Assembly (NCBI GenBank): GCA_002238645.1
Contig: MPMT01000007.1
Coordinates: 7,502-71,501 of the forward strand
Reading direction: 5' to 3'
DNA from: Alphaproteobacteria bacterium bin52
Lineage (GTDB): Bacteria > Pseudomonadota > Alphaproteobacteria > Thalassobaculales > Thalassobaculaceae
DNA length: 64,000 bases
Shown here: positions 45,638 through 56,675 of the stretch, piece by piece
Layout: each line of letters starts with the position of its first letter
Position numbering within the stretch: the first letter of the stretch is position 1
Notes under the pieces: generated by a model
What the model saw: only the letters and a program-made list of their open reading frames with translations
Databases searched by the model: none
What the model was told of the DNA's origin: nothing
Translations under genes and position numbers: made by a program

Positions 45638-47884
45638 ATGGCCGACCATCCACACTTCTCCGGCACAGACGCGCCGGAGGGCCGCTACCTTGACGGTCTC
45701 AATCCCGCGCAGCGCGAAGCCGTCGAAAAGCTGGATGGACCGCTGCTGGTCCTGGCCGGAGCCGGGACCGGAAAGACAAGGGTTCTCACCACCCGGCTTG
45801 CCCATCTGCTCGCGACCGGGGCAGCCCGGCCGTGGTCGATCCTCGCGGTTACCTTCACGAACCGGGCGGCACGCGAAATGAACGACCGGGTCACCCGGCT
45901 TCTCGGCGACGAACCGCCGGGGATATGGCTCGGCACCTTCCATGCCCTCGGCTCGCGTATCCTGCGCCGGCACGCCGAGCTCGCCGGTCTGCAGCCCAAC
46001 TACATCATTCTCGACACCGACGACCAGATCAGACTGCTGAAGCAGATTCTCGCGGCAGAGGAAATTGACGAGAAACGCTGGCCGGCCCGAGCCCTGATCC
46101 ATGCCATCCAGCGCTGGAAGGACCGGGGTCTGACCCCGGGGGCGGTGACGAACGAGGGCACCGAAGGTCTGGCGGGAGGGCGATTGCCGGAGATCTACGC
46201 GCAGTACCAGCAGCGGCTCGAGGCGCTCAACGCCGTGGATTTCGGGGACCTGCTGCTGCACTGCCTGGAAATATTCAAGGCCAACCCCGACGTTCTGGGC
46301 TACTATCAGGACCGTTTCAGCCACGTCCTGGTCGATGAGTACCAGGACACGAACGTTGCCCAGTACCTGTGGCTGCGCCTCCTGGTCCAGAAGCGGAACA
46401 ACCTGTGCTGCGTCGGCGACGAGGATCAGTCGATCTACAACTGGCGCGGCGCCGAGATCGGGAACATCCTTCGCTTCGAAAGCGACTTTCCCGGTGCAAC
46501 AGTCATCCGGCTCGAACAGAACTACCGGTCGACGTCGCACGTGCTGGCAGCCGCTTCCTCACTCATCTCCAACAACCGCGAGCGCCTGGGAAAGACTCTG
46601 TGGACCGACGGGGCCAAGGGCGAGAAGCTCATCGTGCACAGCGTCTCCGACAGCGATGCCGAGGCGCGTACCCTGGCCGAGCGGATCACCACGCGGCACG
46701 GTGACGGGACCCCGCTGGCGCAGATGGCGATCCTGGTCAGGGCCGGGTTCCAGACCCGCGCGTTCGAGGAGTGGTTCCTGCGAACCGGACTTCCCTACCG
46801 GATTGTCGGCGGTGCGCGGTTCTACGAACGTCTCGAAATCCGTGACGCCATTGCCTATCTGCGCGTGATCCGACACCCGCACGACGACCTGGCGCTCGAG
46901 CGGATTTTGAACCGGCCCAAGCGTGGGCTCGGACCCGCCGCGCTCCAGGCGCTGCATGCCCGGGCGCGCGAGGACGGACATTCGGTCTGGGCAGCGATTC
47001 GCGCCGTGGTGGACCAGGGGACCCTGCGTCCGCAGGCAACCAGGGCACTCCGGTCCCTGCTCGAGGACTTCGAGCGATGGCAGTCGCTCGAGTCCACCGT
47101 CTCTCCGGCTGCGCTGGCGGGAACGGTTCTCGATGAATCGGGTTACACCGGCATGTGGATGGCCGAAAAGTCGCCGGAAGCGATGGGCAGGCTCGAGAAT
47201 CTCAAGGAACTGGTTGATGCGCTCAACGAGTTCGAGTCCCTCGACGCCTTCCTCGAACACATCGGCCTGGTCATGGACGCGGCCCACGACGAGACCCAGG
47301 ACCGGATCAGCCTGATGACGATCCACGCGGCCAAGGGTCTCGAATTCGACGCGGTCTTCCTGCCGGGTTGGGAGGGAACCCTGTTCCCGCATCCCCGCTC
47401 CGTCGGAACCGCGCGGGGTCTCGAGGAGGAACGCCGCCTCGCCTACGTGGCGCTCACCCGGGCACGCGAGGCGGTCGAGATCAGCCACGCGGCGGCACGG
47501 TTTGCCCAGGGCGGCTGGCGCCCGAGCCATCCGTCGCGGTTCCTGGATGAACTGCCGACCGGCCACGTCACCCGCCGCGGCAGGACGCAGCGCACGCAGT
47601 GGCCGGGTCACGGCATGGTGGCCCCAAGTCAACAGCGCGGGCCGGGGTACCGGCGGCGGCCCGCACCCGTTGACCCCATCCGGCTGAACGACATGCGCAG
47701 ACAGTCCGGTGGTGGCGTTGTGATCGACGGGTCGAGCAGCCAGGCCTGGACCGCCGGCGACCGGGTGTTTCACCTGAAGTTCGGCATGGGCACGGTCGAG
47801 AGCGTCGACGGCGAGAAGGTCCAGGTCGCGTTCGACAAGGCCGGGCGAAAGATGGTCGTCGCGCAGTACATTTCACGCCCGTGA
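45638..47884 (+). CDS. uvrD: ATP-dependent DNA helicase UvrD/PcrA family (DNA helicase II)
   Basis: ATG 45638 is preceded by AGGAGGG. The product begins LNPAQREAVEKLDGPLLVLAGAGTGKTRVLTTRLAHL, with motif II VLVDEYQDTN and later UvrD motifs (TIHAAKGLEF, LAYVALTRAR). Confidence 0.9.
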   Translation: MADHPHFSGTDAPEGRYLDGLNPAQREAVEKLDGPLLVLAGAGTGKTRVLTTRLAHLLATGAARPWSILAVTFTNRAAREMNDRVTRLLGDEPPGIWLGTFHALGSRILRRHAELAGLQPNYIILDTDDQIRLLKQILAAEEIDEKRWPARALIHAIQRWKDRGLTPGAVTNEGTEGLAGGRLPEIYAQYQQRLEALNAVDFGDLLLHCLEIFKANPDVLGYYQDRFSHVLVDEYQDTNVAQYLWLRLLVQKRNNLCCVGDEDQSIYNWRGAEIGNILRFESDFPGATVIRLEQNYRSTSHVLAAASSLISNNRERLGKTLWTDGAKGEKLIVHSVSDSDAEARTLAERITTRHGDGTPLAQMAILVRAGFQTRAFEEWFLRTGLPYRIVGGARFYERLEIRDAIAYLRVIRHPHDDLALERILNRPKRGLGPAALQALHARAREDGHSVWAAIRAVVDQGTLRPQATRALRSLLEDFERWQSLESTVSPAALAGTVLDESGYTGMWMAEKSPEAMGRLENLKELVDALNEFESLDAFLEHIGLVMDAAHDETQDRISLMTIHAAKGLEFDAVFLPGWEGTLFPHPRSVGTARGLEEERRLAYVALTRAREAVEISHAAARFAQGGWRPSHPSRFLDELPTGHVTRRGRTQRTQWPGHGMVAPSQQRGPGYRRRPAPVDPIRLNDMRRQSGGGVVIDGSSSQAWTAGDRVFHLKFGMGTVESVDGEKVQVAFDKAGRKMVVAQYISRP

Positions 47885-48879
47885 CCGGCGCCCCTGCCGC
47901 GGTCTGGAGCATCACCGTTGACGCACCCGGCACGGCGGCGCAGGCATTTGCCGACACCCTCGAGCCGCATGTGGACAGTGTCTCGGTCTTTGCCGGGGAC
48001 GAGGACCGTACCGTCATGGCGATCGTCTCCGGCCTCGTGGACTGGGCAGTGCTGGTCCGCGCCATCGAGACCACGGCGCACGAGTACGCCATTCCCGTCC
48101 CCCGGATCGTTCACGAGCGGCTCGACGGGATCGACTGGCTCGGGCGCAACCGAAGTCACTTTCCGAAGTTGAGGTACGGCCGGTTCCTGGTCCACGGTGC
48201 TCACCACCGGCCCATCGACCGCTGCGGCCTGTTCGCGATCGAGATCGAGGCCGGACGCGCCTTCGGTTCCGGCACCCATGCCAGTACCGAGGGTTGTCTG
48301 CGCGCACTTGACCGGCTCGCAAGGTCGGTGCGCCCGCGCAGGATCATCGACCTCGGTTGCGGGTCAGGAATTCTCGCGATCGCAGCCGTACGACTGTGGC
48401 CGCGCGCCTGCGTGCTGGCGCTTGACTGCGACCCTGCCGCGGTCGAAACCGCCCGCAACAACGCGGCAATCAACCGGGCCGCCTCCCGCATCGTGGTGCG
48501 GAGCGCAACAGGATTTTCCGGTGTGAGGATCACCGCTGACCTCGTGACGGCGAACATTCTCGCAGAACCACTGGTCGCACTGGCCCCGGATGCGGCGCGC
48601 CGGATTCGCGGTGCAGGACACATCGTGCTTTCAGGCGTGCTCGCGAGCCAGGCCCGCGGGGTGCGTGCGGCATACCGTTGCCACGGGTTCAGACAGGTTC
48701 GGCAGATACTGATCGGCGACTGGTGCACGCTGGTGCTGAAGCGGACACGCGACGGAGGGTCGCTTCCGGATTGGACGGCCGGCGGGGTCGGAACCGCCGG
48801 CCGTCACGTGCAGGGCTGCAGAGGGGGAGGAACTCTCATGCAACCCGGCGCGTCCGCCCCTGGGAGACGTTGCGGTTGA
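47881..48879 (+). CDS. prmA: Ribosomal protein L11 methyltransferase PrmA
   Basis: The start overlaps the uvrD stop (GTGA). SAM motif IIDLGCGSGILAIAA and GRAFGSGTHASTEGCL fit PrmA. The 3' tail beyond ..CTLVLKRT may be a non-conserved extension. Confidence 0.85.
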   Translation: MTGAPAAVWSITVDAPGTAAQAFADTLEPHVDSVSVFAGDEDRTVMAIVSGLVDWAVLVRAIETTAHEYAIPVPRIVHERLDGIDWLGRNRSHFPKLRYGRFLVHGAHHRPIDRCGLFAIEIEAGRAFGSGTHASTEGCLRALDRLARSVRPRRIIDLGCGSGILAIAAVRLWPRACVLALDCDPAAVETARNNAAINRAASRIVVRSATGFSGVRITADLVTANILAEPLVALAPDAARRIRGAGHIVLSGVLASQARGVRAAYRCHGFRQVRQILIGDWCTLVLKRTRDGGSLPDWTAGGVGTAGRHVQGCRGGGTLMQPGASAPGRRCG

Positions 48880-49264
48880 CCGGAAGCACAATGGCGGGAC
48901 CGCTCGCCTCGGATGATTCGGCCCCGATGACACGGCCGGCAAGGATGTGGCCGACAAGCACGTCGACATCATGACGTGTCAGGCCGATGTCGCGGAGCTG
49001 ATAGTCGCTCAGGCGCTCGAGTGCAGCACGGGTCTTCATCGCAACCTGCCAGCGCCGAACCATCCGCAGGGCACCGGTGATGCCGTGCCCGAACGCGCGA
49101 AATGCCCTTTCGACCAGCGTAACCATGTAGGCGCTGCGGGCGGCGCGGCCTGCGGCGAGCAGGCGCTCGACCTGCGTGTGATCAGGAAACGGAAACCGGG
49201 CGATCGGCGTGTTTGCCGGCTGACCCGAAGCGTGCAGAGCGGCGGTGGCATCGATCATTTTCAT
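48836..49264 (-). CDS. DUF1127 domain-containing protein
   Basis: It contains the DUF1127-like segment RRWQVAMKTRAALERLSDYQLRDIGLTRHDV. At 142 aa it is longer than typical family members. Confidence 0.6.
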   Translation of the reverse strand: MKMIDATAALHASGQPANTPIARFPFPDHTQVERLLAAGRAARSAYMVTLVERAFRAFGHGITGALRMVRRWQVAMKTRAALERLSDYQLRDIGLTRHDVDVLVGHILAGRVIGAESSEASGPAIVLPVNRNVSQGRTRRVA

Positions 49265-49582
49265 TTCAGGCCTCCAGTACCCGACGGGCAGGTTCCCGAC
49301 GAGCCAAGCTGTTCATGTGAGCAATCCAAATTTGGTGAGTATGCCGTCTTTGCACCAGACGAGAATCTGCACGGCTGCACTGCACGATCGGCATGGCGGC
49401 CCGGAGTTTCTGGCGCATCCGCCGCCGTATACACCTGCTCCGCACGTGCTTTCCTGCCCCCGACGCAGGGCGGGGTTGCACCGGACGCATGAATGCCGTG
49501 CTGTTGTTCGGCCATCTTGCCGGCTCTCCGTCGTGGCCCTATCGTCCGGGAACACCTGACCTGACCGGGACACGCAATCACC

Positions 49583-51613
49583 ATGAGCGGTTCCCTCGAC
49601 AACGGCAGTTTCGAATCCGCCACCGCTCTCGCCCGCGAACTCGGCAGCCGTGGCCACGAGATTTCGCCTGACGGGCTGCTGGAAATCCTTGACGGTGTGA
49701 ATGCCACGCCGCTCGAGAATGACGATGAAAGCTGGCTCGAGATGCTGGGCTCTCCGTCCGACGCCGGGTTGAGACAGGGACTGCTTGCACTGCGTGCCCA
49801 CCGGGCCTCGCGTACACCGACATCGTCTCTCGCAGGGACCGAACGGCTTTCCCGGCTGCGTCGCGCACTGCGCACCCAGGGGCTCGACGGCCTCGTGCTG
49901 CCACGGGCCGACGAGCACCAGGGCGAGTTCCTGCCCCACCGGTCCGAACGCGTGGCATGGCTGAGCGGATTCACCGGGTCGGCGGCGGTGGTGGCAGTGC
50001 TGCAGGACCGCGCCGCGATTCTCACTGACGGACGCTACACGATCCAGGTCGCCCAACAGGTCGATACTTCGGTGTGGGAGGTGCGGCACGTCACCCGTGA
50101 GCCGCTCGCGGACTGGATCAGCGAACACGTACGGCAGGGTCACCGGATCGGGTACGACCCGTGGCTGCACAGCATCCAGTCCGCCCGTACCCTGGAAGCG
50201 GCGGTGGAACGGGCCGGCGGCACTCCCGTTGCCCTCGAGGCCAACCCGATCGACCGGCTGTGGGAGCACCGGCCGGCTGCCCCGCTCTCGCCCGCGGTTC
50301 CGCATCCGGAACAGCATGCCGGGCAGTCATCCGCCGGCAAGCGCGAGGCCATCGCCGACATCCTCGCTGCCGAGGGTCACGACGCGACGGTACTGACCTC
50401 GCCCGAGTCCATCGCGTGGTTGCTCAACATCCGGGGGCGTGACGTCCCGAGCACTCCGCTCTGCCTGTCGTTCGCAATCCTCGACCGGGCCGGTACCGTC
50501 GAGCTGTTCGTCGACCGTCGCAAGATCACCGACGCGACCCGGGCCCATCTGGGAAACGCCGTGTCGATCCATCCACCGTCTGGCCTTGCCGCGGCACTCG
50601 CGCACCGCGCCTCCCGTGGCGCACGGCTGCGGCTCGACCCGGCCTCGAGCCCGGTCTGGATCGCGAACCATGTCACTGCGTCGGGCGGTACGGTGGTGAC
50701 CGGCCCCGACCCGGTGGTGCTGCCACGCGCGCGCAAGAACACGATCGAGATCAAGGGAGCACGGGCGGCACACCGACGTGACGGAACGGCCTTCGTGCGG
50801 TTCCTGTGCTGGTTTGCGAGCGAAGCTCCCTCGGGCCGGCTCGATGAGCAGGGAGCAGCGGACCGGCTGCGCGCGTTCCGCGCCGAGCAGGAGCTGTTCG
50901 CCGGCCTCAGTTTCGACACGATATCGGCGGCGGGGCCGAACGGTGCCATCGTCCACTACCGGGTCACTCCACAGACCAACCGGACCATTCGCCCGGGTGA
51001 CCTCTACCTGGTGGATTCGGGCGCACAGTACCGGGACGGAACCACCGATATCACCCGCACCATCGCCGTCGGCGATCCCGGCGCACAGGCCCGCGACCGG
51101 TTCACCCGGGTCCTCAAGGCGCACATCGCGCTCGCCACCATGCGGTTCCCCGAGGGGACAACCGGGGACCGGCTCGACGCAGTGGCAAGGGCGCCACTGT
51201 GGCAGGCGGGCATCGACTTCGATCACGGCACCGGTCACGGGGTCGGATCCTATCTCGGTGTCCACGAGGGCCCGCAGTCGATTTCCGGGCGCTCCGGCAC
51301 GGTCGGACTCGAGCCGGGCATGATCGTGTCCAACGAACCGGGGTACTATCGCGAGGGCGAGTACGGTATCCGCCTGGAAAACCTGCTGGTGGTCCGCGAG
51401 GAACAGCCGGAGGGCGGTGAGCGAAACATGCTGGGCTTCGAGACCATAACCCTTGCCCCGTTCGACCGCTCGATGATCACGACCGACCTGCTCGCCGCGC
51501 ACGAGATCGACTGGATCAATCAGTACCACGCTCGGGTCCGCGACACCCTCTCGCCGGACCTCGAGCCCGAGGTGAGCCGCTGGCTCGGTGAGGCTACCCG
51601 ACCACTCGACTGA
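49583..51613 (+). CDS. pepP: Xaa-Pro aminopeptidase (M24B, aminopeptidase P family)
   Basis: Shows a creatinase-like N-domain (GLDGLVLPRADEHQGEFL..WLSGFTGSAAVVAVL) and the M24 metal-site signature (DSGAQYRDGTTDITRT, HGTGHGVGSYLGVHEGP, SNEPGYY). The start is possibly later than 49583. Confidence 0.85.
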   Translation: MSGSLDNGSFESATALARELGSRGHEISPDGLLEILDGVNATPLENDDESWLEMLGSPSDAGLRQGLLALRAHRASRTPTSSLAGTERLSRLRRALRTQGLDGLVLPRADEHQGEFLPHRSERVAWLSGFTGSAAVVAVLQDRAAILTDGRYTIQVAQQVDTSVWEVRHVTREPLADWISEHVRQGHRIGYDPWLHSIQSARTLEAAVERAGGTPVALEANPIDRLWEHRPAAPLSPAVPHPEQHAGQSSAGKREAIADILAAEGHDATVLTSPESIAWLLNIRGRDVPSTPLCLSFAILDRAGTVELFVDRRKITDATRAHLGNAVSIHPPSGLAAALAHRASRGARLRLDPASSPVWIANHVTASGGTVVTGPDPVVLPRARKNTIEIKGARAAHRRDGTAFVRFLCWFASEAPSGRLDEQGAADRLRAFRAEQELFAGLSFDTISAAGPNGAIVHYRVTPQTNRTIRPGDLYLVDSGAQYRDGTTDITRTIAVGDPGAQARDRFTRVLKAHIALATMRFPEGTTGDRLDAVARAPLWQAGIDFDHGTGHGVGSYLGVHEGPQSISGRSGTVGLEPGMIVSNEPGYYREGEYGIRLENLLVVREEQPEGGERNMLGFETITLAPFDRSMITTDLLAAHEIDWINQYHARVRDTLSPDLEPEVSRWLGEATRPLD

Positions 51614-51650
51614 CGGTTCATCCCTGCAGCAACACGGAGTGACCTGACCC

Positions 51651-52439
51651 ATGGAGTTCGAGACCATCAAGTTCGACCGCGCCGACGGCATCGCCCGCAT
51701 CGTGCTCGACCGCCCCGAGACCGGTCATGCGATCAACCGGACCTTTGCGCTGGAGTTCATGGAAGCGGCACTGAGAACAAGCACCGACCCCGGGGTGCGA
51801 TGCTGCCTTCTTACCGCCACCGGCGACATGTTCGGGTTCGGCGGTGACCTCAAGTACTTCGCAGGCCAGACCGAGCAGATCGAGTATCGGCTGATCGAGC
51901 TCACCGCCCTGGTGCACCAGGGGATCCAGCGGCTTCGGCACATGGATGCGCCGCTGATCATCGCGGTCAATGGCATGGCTGCCGGCGGTGGCTTCAGCAT
52001 GACGTTGTTCGGCGACATCGTGCTTGCCGCCCGGTCGGCCCGGTTTACCATGGCCTATACCCGGGCCGGCCTGTCGCCGGATGCCAGTTCTTCGTACTTC
52101 CTGCCTCGCCTGGTCGGGCTCAGGAGGGCCCAGGAACTGATCCTGACCAACCGGGTGCTCGACGCAGGGGAGGCGCTCGACTGGGGATTGATCACCCGAG
52201 TGGTCGATGACGACGCTCTTGCCGACGAGGCCGAGACGCTGGCGCAAAGCATCGCCGCCGGACCGACCCGCGCATATGGTGCGGTGAAGCGCCTGCTCGG
52301 ACGCAGCTTCGAGCAGGCGCTTGAGGTCCAGCTCGAAGAGGAATCGCGCCATATCGGTGCAATGGCCGCCACCGCGGACGGTCGCGAGGGGCTTGATGCC
52401 TTCCTTGCCAAGCGACGGCCGACGTTCCGGGGAGAATGA
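51651..52439 (+). CDS. Enoyl-CoA hydratase/isomerase (crotonase) family protein
   Basis: 262-aa ORF with the crotonase patterns [10 protein letters not shown] and [27 protein letters not shown]. Confidence 0.85.
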   Translation: MEFETIKFDRADGIARIVLDRPETGHAINRTFALEFMEAALRTSTDPGVRCCLLTATGDMFGFGGDLKYFAGQTEQIEYRLIELTALVHQGIQRLRHMDAPLIIAVNGMAAGGGFSMTLFGDIVLAARSARFTMAYTRAGLSPDASSSYFLPRLVGLRRAQELILTNRVLDAGEALDWGLITRVVDDDALADEAETLAQSIAAGPTRAYGAVKRLLGRSFEQALEVQLEEESRHIGAMAATADGREGLDAFLAKRRPTFRGE

Positions 52440-52443
52440 CGGC

Positions 52444-53343
52444 ATGGAACGGCTTCGGAAGCACCACACCGAGATCGACGGGTACGGCATGGCCTGGGTC
52501 GAGGCTGGAGCCGGGGCTCCGATCGTTTTTCTGCACGGCAACCCGACCTCTTCATGGTTGTGGCGGAACATAATGCCGGTGCTCACCGGACACGGCCGGT
52601 GCCTGGCACCGGACCTGATCGGCATGGGTGATTCCGCCAAGCTCGCACACCCGGGTCCGGACAGGTACCGGTTCGTCGAGCACCGCCACTATCTGGACGG
52701 TCTGCTCGATGCCCTGGAGGTGAGCAGCGATGTCACCTTCGTGGTGCACGATTGGGGGTCGGCGCTGGGCTTCGACTGGGCACGGCGGCATCCGGACCGG
52801 ATGCGGGGCATCGTTTACATGGAGGCGATCGTACGTCCCCTGACCTGGGACGAATGGAATCCGCAGGCGCGACGGGTATTCGAGGGGTTCCGGTCGCCAG
52901 CCGGTGAGGAAATGATCCTCGGGAAGAACCTGTTCGTCGAGCGGGTGCTGCCGGGTTCGATCATGCGCCAGCTGACTGACGAGGAGATGGACGAGTACCG
53001 CCGGCCCTTCGCCGAGCCGGGAGAGGACCGCAGACCGACGCTGACCTGGCCGCGGCAGATCCCGATCGACGGCACGCCGGGCGACGTGACCGCGATCGTG
53101 CGCGACTACGCGGACTGGCTCTCGACGTCACCACTGCCCAAGCTGTTCATCAACGCCGAGCCGGGCGCGATCCTGGTCGGCGCCCAGCGTGAGTTCTGCC
53201 GGAGCTGGCCGAACCAGACCGAGGTGACCGTCGCGGGCAGTCACTTCATCCAGGAGGATTCTCCTGGCGAGATCGCACAGGCGATCGCCGCCTGGCTCGA
53301 CGCTCAGGCGCCGGCGGTCGGGCGGGCACCGGCGCGTTCGTAG
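52444..53343 (+). CDS. Haloalkane dehalogenase-family alpha/beta hydrolase (HLD-II-like)
   Basis: ATG 52444 gives ..[19 protein letters not shown].. and the nucleophile elbow [11 protein letters not shown]. It also has a cap-domain pattern ([29 protein letters not shown]) and a C-terminal GSHFIQED. Confidence 0.8.
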   Translation: MERLRKHHTEIDGYGMAWVEAGAGAPIVFLHGNPTSSWLWRNIMPVLTGHGRCLAPDLIGMGDSAKLAHPGPDRYRFVEHRHYLDGLLDALEVSSDVTFVVHDWGSALGFDWARRHPDRMRGIVYMEAIVRPLTWDEWNPQARRVFEGFRSPAGEEMILGKNLFVERVLPGSIMRQLTDEEMDEYRRPFAEPGEDRRPTLTWPRQIPIDGTPGDVTAIVRDYADWLSTSPLPKLFINAEPGAILVGAQREFCRSWPNQTEVTVAGSHFIQEDSPGEIAQAIAAWLDAQAPAVGRAPARS

Positions 53344-53915
53344 AAGCCGGCGATATTGGTGTGCGCCTCATTGATCGGCTGACCGACCCGGGCGGCGAAG
53401 TGAAGGAAGCAGTAGAGCATGATGTCGGCGAGGGTGAACCTGTCGCCGCACACCCAGGTCTTGCCCTGCATCTGTCCGTCGAGCCAGGCCAGGCCGTCCT
53501 GTGCCACCGCCTTCAGTCCGTCGGCCGCTTCGGGCACGCACCGGATGCGGGATTCGAACATCTTGAGCCCGTCGGAAAACCGAAAGCCGTTCGCCGCCGG
53601 CTCGCAGAACGAGAGGTCAATGCGCCTGGTCCACATCCGGGTTTCGCCGCGTTCGTCCGGCGTAGTGCCGATCAGGGCCGGGGCCGGATGGATATCCTCA
53701 AGATACTCACAGATGGCAGTGATCTCCGTAACGACCAGGCCACTGTCGGTCACCAGGGCCGGACTCTGCCCGCGTGGGTTGACCGCCAGGTACGCCTCAC
53801 GCCGGTTCTCGCCGCCCATCAGGTCAACTGTCTCCATCGGGATATCCATGTTCTTCTCGGCCATAAACATGCGCACAACGTGCGGGTTCGGCCCGATCGA
53901 CTGGTAGAGCTTCAT
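53304..53915 (-). CDS. Glutathione S-transferase family protein
   Basis: The internal Met gives [34 protein letters not shown] (thioredoxin-like N-domain) plus a helical C-domain. The upstream part of the track ORF looks non-coding. Confidence 0.85.
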   Translation of the reverse strand: MKLYQSIGPNPHVVRMFMAEKNMDIPMETVDLMGGENRREAYLAVNPRGQSPALVTDSGLVVTEITAICEYLEDIHPAPALIGTTPDERGETRMWTRRIDLSFCEPAANGFRFSDGLKMFESRIRCVPEAADGLKAVAQDGLAWLDGQMQGKTWVCGDRFTLADIMLYCFLHFAARVGQPINEAHTNIAGFYERAGARPTAGA

Positions 53916-54534
53916 GATGTGTTGACTCCATTTCGGATGTGAACGACAGGCACGCCCTGCCCATGCCGGAAAGTCGTTGCGCGCGCAAGACAAGAAGTCC
54001 GGCAACTTGGGTCTCCTTCGAGGCCGCAGGCCGGCGCATAACCAGCCGGCCTCAACCCGACGCGACTCACGGTACTGAAGCAACTCGCTGATTTCTGATG
54101 GGATTGCGAGCGCAAACCCTTTCCCCGAAAAAGGGTGCTGGCGGATCGGTTGGGCCTCGGTCGTCGACAGGTCCTGCGTCATATCGCCGATCCCGAGACA
54201 GCCGGGCTTGTCGAACGGGTCGAGCGACGTGCCCCACAACGGCGGCAAGCTGACGAACCAGTACGACCTCAGCGGCCTGACGGAACGATTGAAGAAGCTG
54301 GAGCCTGATTTCCGCAAGGTGGAGGATGACATCGACAAGGCCCGAAGAACGGCCTCGAAGCGCGGCTATAGCAAGGGTTGGACGGCTGGAGAGCAAAGGC
54401 CGGCGTGATGGGCGGCTCCATCCAAACAAGACCCCGGGGCGCATACCGGGTGGCAGAAGCGGCTCCGGGGTGTACACGGTGAACATGGAGAACCAGGCGG
54501 CAGGCGTCGGGCTCTACCTGCACGATCGTGTCCT

Positions 54535-54560
54535 ACCCGGGGAGCCCAGGTTCCCCGGGT
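54535..54560 (-). terminator. GC-rich hairpin downstream of the ABC ATPase gene (weak intrinsic-terminator candidate)
   Basis: ACCCGGGGA (54535-54543) pairs with TCCCCGGGT (54552-54560) across an 8-nt loop, 25-50 nt past the stop at 54585. No U-tract follows on the transcribed strand. Confidence 0.3.
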
Positions 54561-54584
54561 GGCGCCTTGCGGACGTCTTCAGCG

Positions 54585-55757
54585 TCAGGTCACGGACGGG
54601 GCATGGCTCCGCTGGCTCAGGAGGCCCCGGTAGATTTCCTCGTCACTGATGACGCCGATGAGACGTCCCTCTTCGACCATCAGCACCGGTCGTCCGGTAC
54701 GGTGCCGGATCTCGATGGCCACGCGCATGCCCAGTTCGGCCGGTGCCGCGCAGATCTCGCCGGTGGCAAGCGCGGCGAGGTCCATCTCCGGATTGTAGTG
54801 CCAAATCCGGGCCGGGCCGGGCTCGACCGTCGCCTCCAGAGGCGCACCATCCGCTCCGAGCGCGATGCGGTTCCGCCCGGATAGGTCGAGCAGCAGGGCA
54901 TCTCCCTCGCGCCGGATATCCTCCACGGGGGTCATCAGCGAGCGGCATCGCAGCACGTTGAGCGCGTCCATGTGCGCAATGAACTCGGAGACGTAGGCGT
55001 TCGCCGGGTTCAGCAGGATTTCCTCCGGCTCACCGAACTGCACGATCCGGCCGGCCTCCATGATGGCGATGTGCTGGCCGAGCTTGAGCGCCTCGTTGAG
55101 GTCGTGGCTGACGAACAGGATCGTCTTGCCGAGACGGCGCTGGAGGCCGAGCAGTTCGTCCTGCAGGTGTTCACGGATCAGGGGATCGAGGGCGGAGAAC
55201 GGCTCGTCCATGAGCAGGATATCGGAGTCGGTCGCAAGCGCACGGGCGAGGCCAACGCGCTGTTGCATGCCGCCCGAAAGCTCATGGACGAAGTGCTCGC
55301 GCCAGCGGTCGAGACCGACCAGCTTCAGCTTTTCTTCCACCACTGTATCGCGTTCGGCGCGGTTCATTCCCCGCAGTTCGAGGCCGAAGCTGACGTTCTC
55401 CTGGACCGTGCGCCATGGCAGCAGCGCGAATTGCTGGAACACCATGGCGATGCGCTCCATGCGCATGTGCCGGAGCATCGCGGCATCGCAGCCGGCGATA
55501 TCGAGCGTGGACCCGCCATCCTGCACGAGCACCTGGCCGCGCGTCACCGGGCAGAGCCCGTTGACGGCGCGGAGCAGCGTCGACTTGCCCGAACCCGAAA
55601 GGCCCATCAACACGCAGACCTCGCCGCGCCGCACGGCAAGCGAGGCACCGGCCACGCCCACGACCACGCCCGTGGCATCGTGGATTTCCTGCCGGTCCGC
55701 GCCCCGGTCAAGCAGGTCCAGCGCGGCACGGGCGTCGCCGCCGAACAGGATGTCCAC
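54585..55757 (-). CDS. Glycine betaine/proline-type ABC transporter ATP-binding protein with C-terminal CBS pair (ProV/OpuAA/TmoV-like)
   Basis: Shows Walker A GLSGSGKST, signature LSGGMQQRVGLARAL and Walker B ILLMDEPFSALD, with a ~120-aa CBS-like tail. Confidence 0.85.
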   Translation of the reverse strand: MDILFGGDARAALDLLDRGADRQEIHDATGVVVGVAGASLAVRRGEVCVLMGLSGSGKSTLLRAVNGLCPVTRGQVLVQDGGSTLDIAGCDAAMLRHMRMERIAMVFQQFALLPWRTVQENVSFGLELRGMNRAERDTVVEEKLKLVGLDRWREHFVHELSGGMQQRVGLARALATDSDILLMDEPFSALDPLIREHLQDELLGLQRRLGKTILFVSHDLNEALKLGQHIAIMEAGRIVQFGEPEEILLNPANAYVSEFIAHMDALNVLRCRSLMTPVEDIRREGDALLLDLSGRNRIALGADGAPLEATVEPGPARIWHYNPEMDLAALATGEICAAPAELGMRVAIEIRHRTGRPVLMVEEGRLIGVISDEEIYRGLLSQRSHAPSVT

Positions 55758-55784
55758 GTCCCTGAGCTCGATGGTGTGAATGGT

Positions 55785-56633
55785 TCAGCCCCTGTCCCGG
55801 CCCCCGCCGGGCTGCTTGCATATCCGGTCCAGCAGGATGGCGACGATCACGATGGCAAGCCCGGCCTCGAAGCCTTTGGCGATGTTGACCGTGTTGAGCG
55901 CGCGCAGTACCGGCACGCCGAGTCCCGGGGCACCCACCATCGCGGCAATGACTACCATGGAGAGGCTCAACATGATGCACTGGGTCACACCCGCCATGAT
56001 GGTCGGCATGGCATGCGGCAGCTCCACCTTCCACAGCAGCTGGCGGCGCGTTGCCCCGAAGGCCTCCCCGGCCTCGAGCAGCGGCTGCGGCACGCTGGAA
56101 ATGCCGAGATGGGTGAGCCGGATCGGGGCCGGGATGGCGAACACCACCGTCGAGATGAGCCCCGGCACCACACCCAGCCCGAACATGATCATGGTCGGGA
56201 TCAGATAGACGAAGGTCGGAATGGTCTGCATGAGGTCCAGTATCGGCCGGATGGCGTTGTACAGCCACGGCCGGTGCGCCGCCGCAATGCCGACAGGGAC
56301 ACCCACGACGATGCAGACCGCGGTGGAAAAGAGGATCAGCACCAGCGTCTGGACCGTGGTCTCCCAGTAGCCGAGGTTGATGACCAGCAGCAAGGTGAGC
56401 AGGACCGCAAGGGCCAGCTTCCAGGACCGGTGAAGCCAGAAGGCGAACGCGGCGACGGCCGCCACCAGCAGCAGCGGCGGGAGGGCGAGCGCCAGCGTGG
56501 TCAGTCCCTCTATCGGGAATGCAAGGAGCTCGGAGAGAAAGTCAAAGAACCAGGCGACGTGGTCCAGCAGCAGGTTGACAAAGGACTCGATCCACTTGCC
56601 CAGCGGGATCTTGTGATCCGTCAGCCAGTCCAA
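55785..56633 (-). CDS. Glycine betaine/proline-type ABC transporter permease (ProW/TmoW-like)
   Basis: 282-aa polytopic protein with an EAA-loop-like segment (LLEAGEAFGATRRQLLWKVELPHAMP). Confidence 0.85.
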   Translation of the reverse strand: MDWLTDHKIPLGKWIESFVNLLLDHVAWFFDFLSELLAFPIEGLTTLALALPPLLLVAAVAAFAFWLHRSWKLALAVLLTLLLVINLGYWETTVQTLVLILFSTAVCIVVGVPVGIAAAHRPWLYNAIRPILDLMQTIPTFVYLIPTMIMFGLGVVPGLISTVVFAIPAPIRLTHLGISSVPQPLLEAGEAFGATRRQLLWKVELPHAMPTIMAGVTQCIMLSLSMVVIAAMVGAPGLGVPVLRALNTVNIAKGFEAGLAIVIVAILLDRICKQPGGGRDRG

Positions 56634-56675
56634 GACCGTCCCCAGGCAATCCGAACCGCCGGGACCGGAGTACGA

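Noticed and set aside
54208-54408. 66-aa ORF with a coiled-coil-like stretch (..LTERLKKLEPDFRKVEDDIDKARR..) in the GST/ABC intergenic region
   Set aside because: It could be a fragment of a larger decayed gene, but it is too short for any family assignment. It has no RBS or conserved context that I can see.
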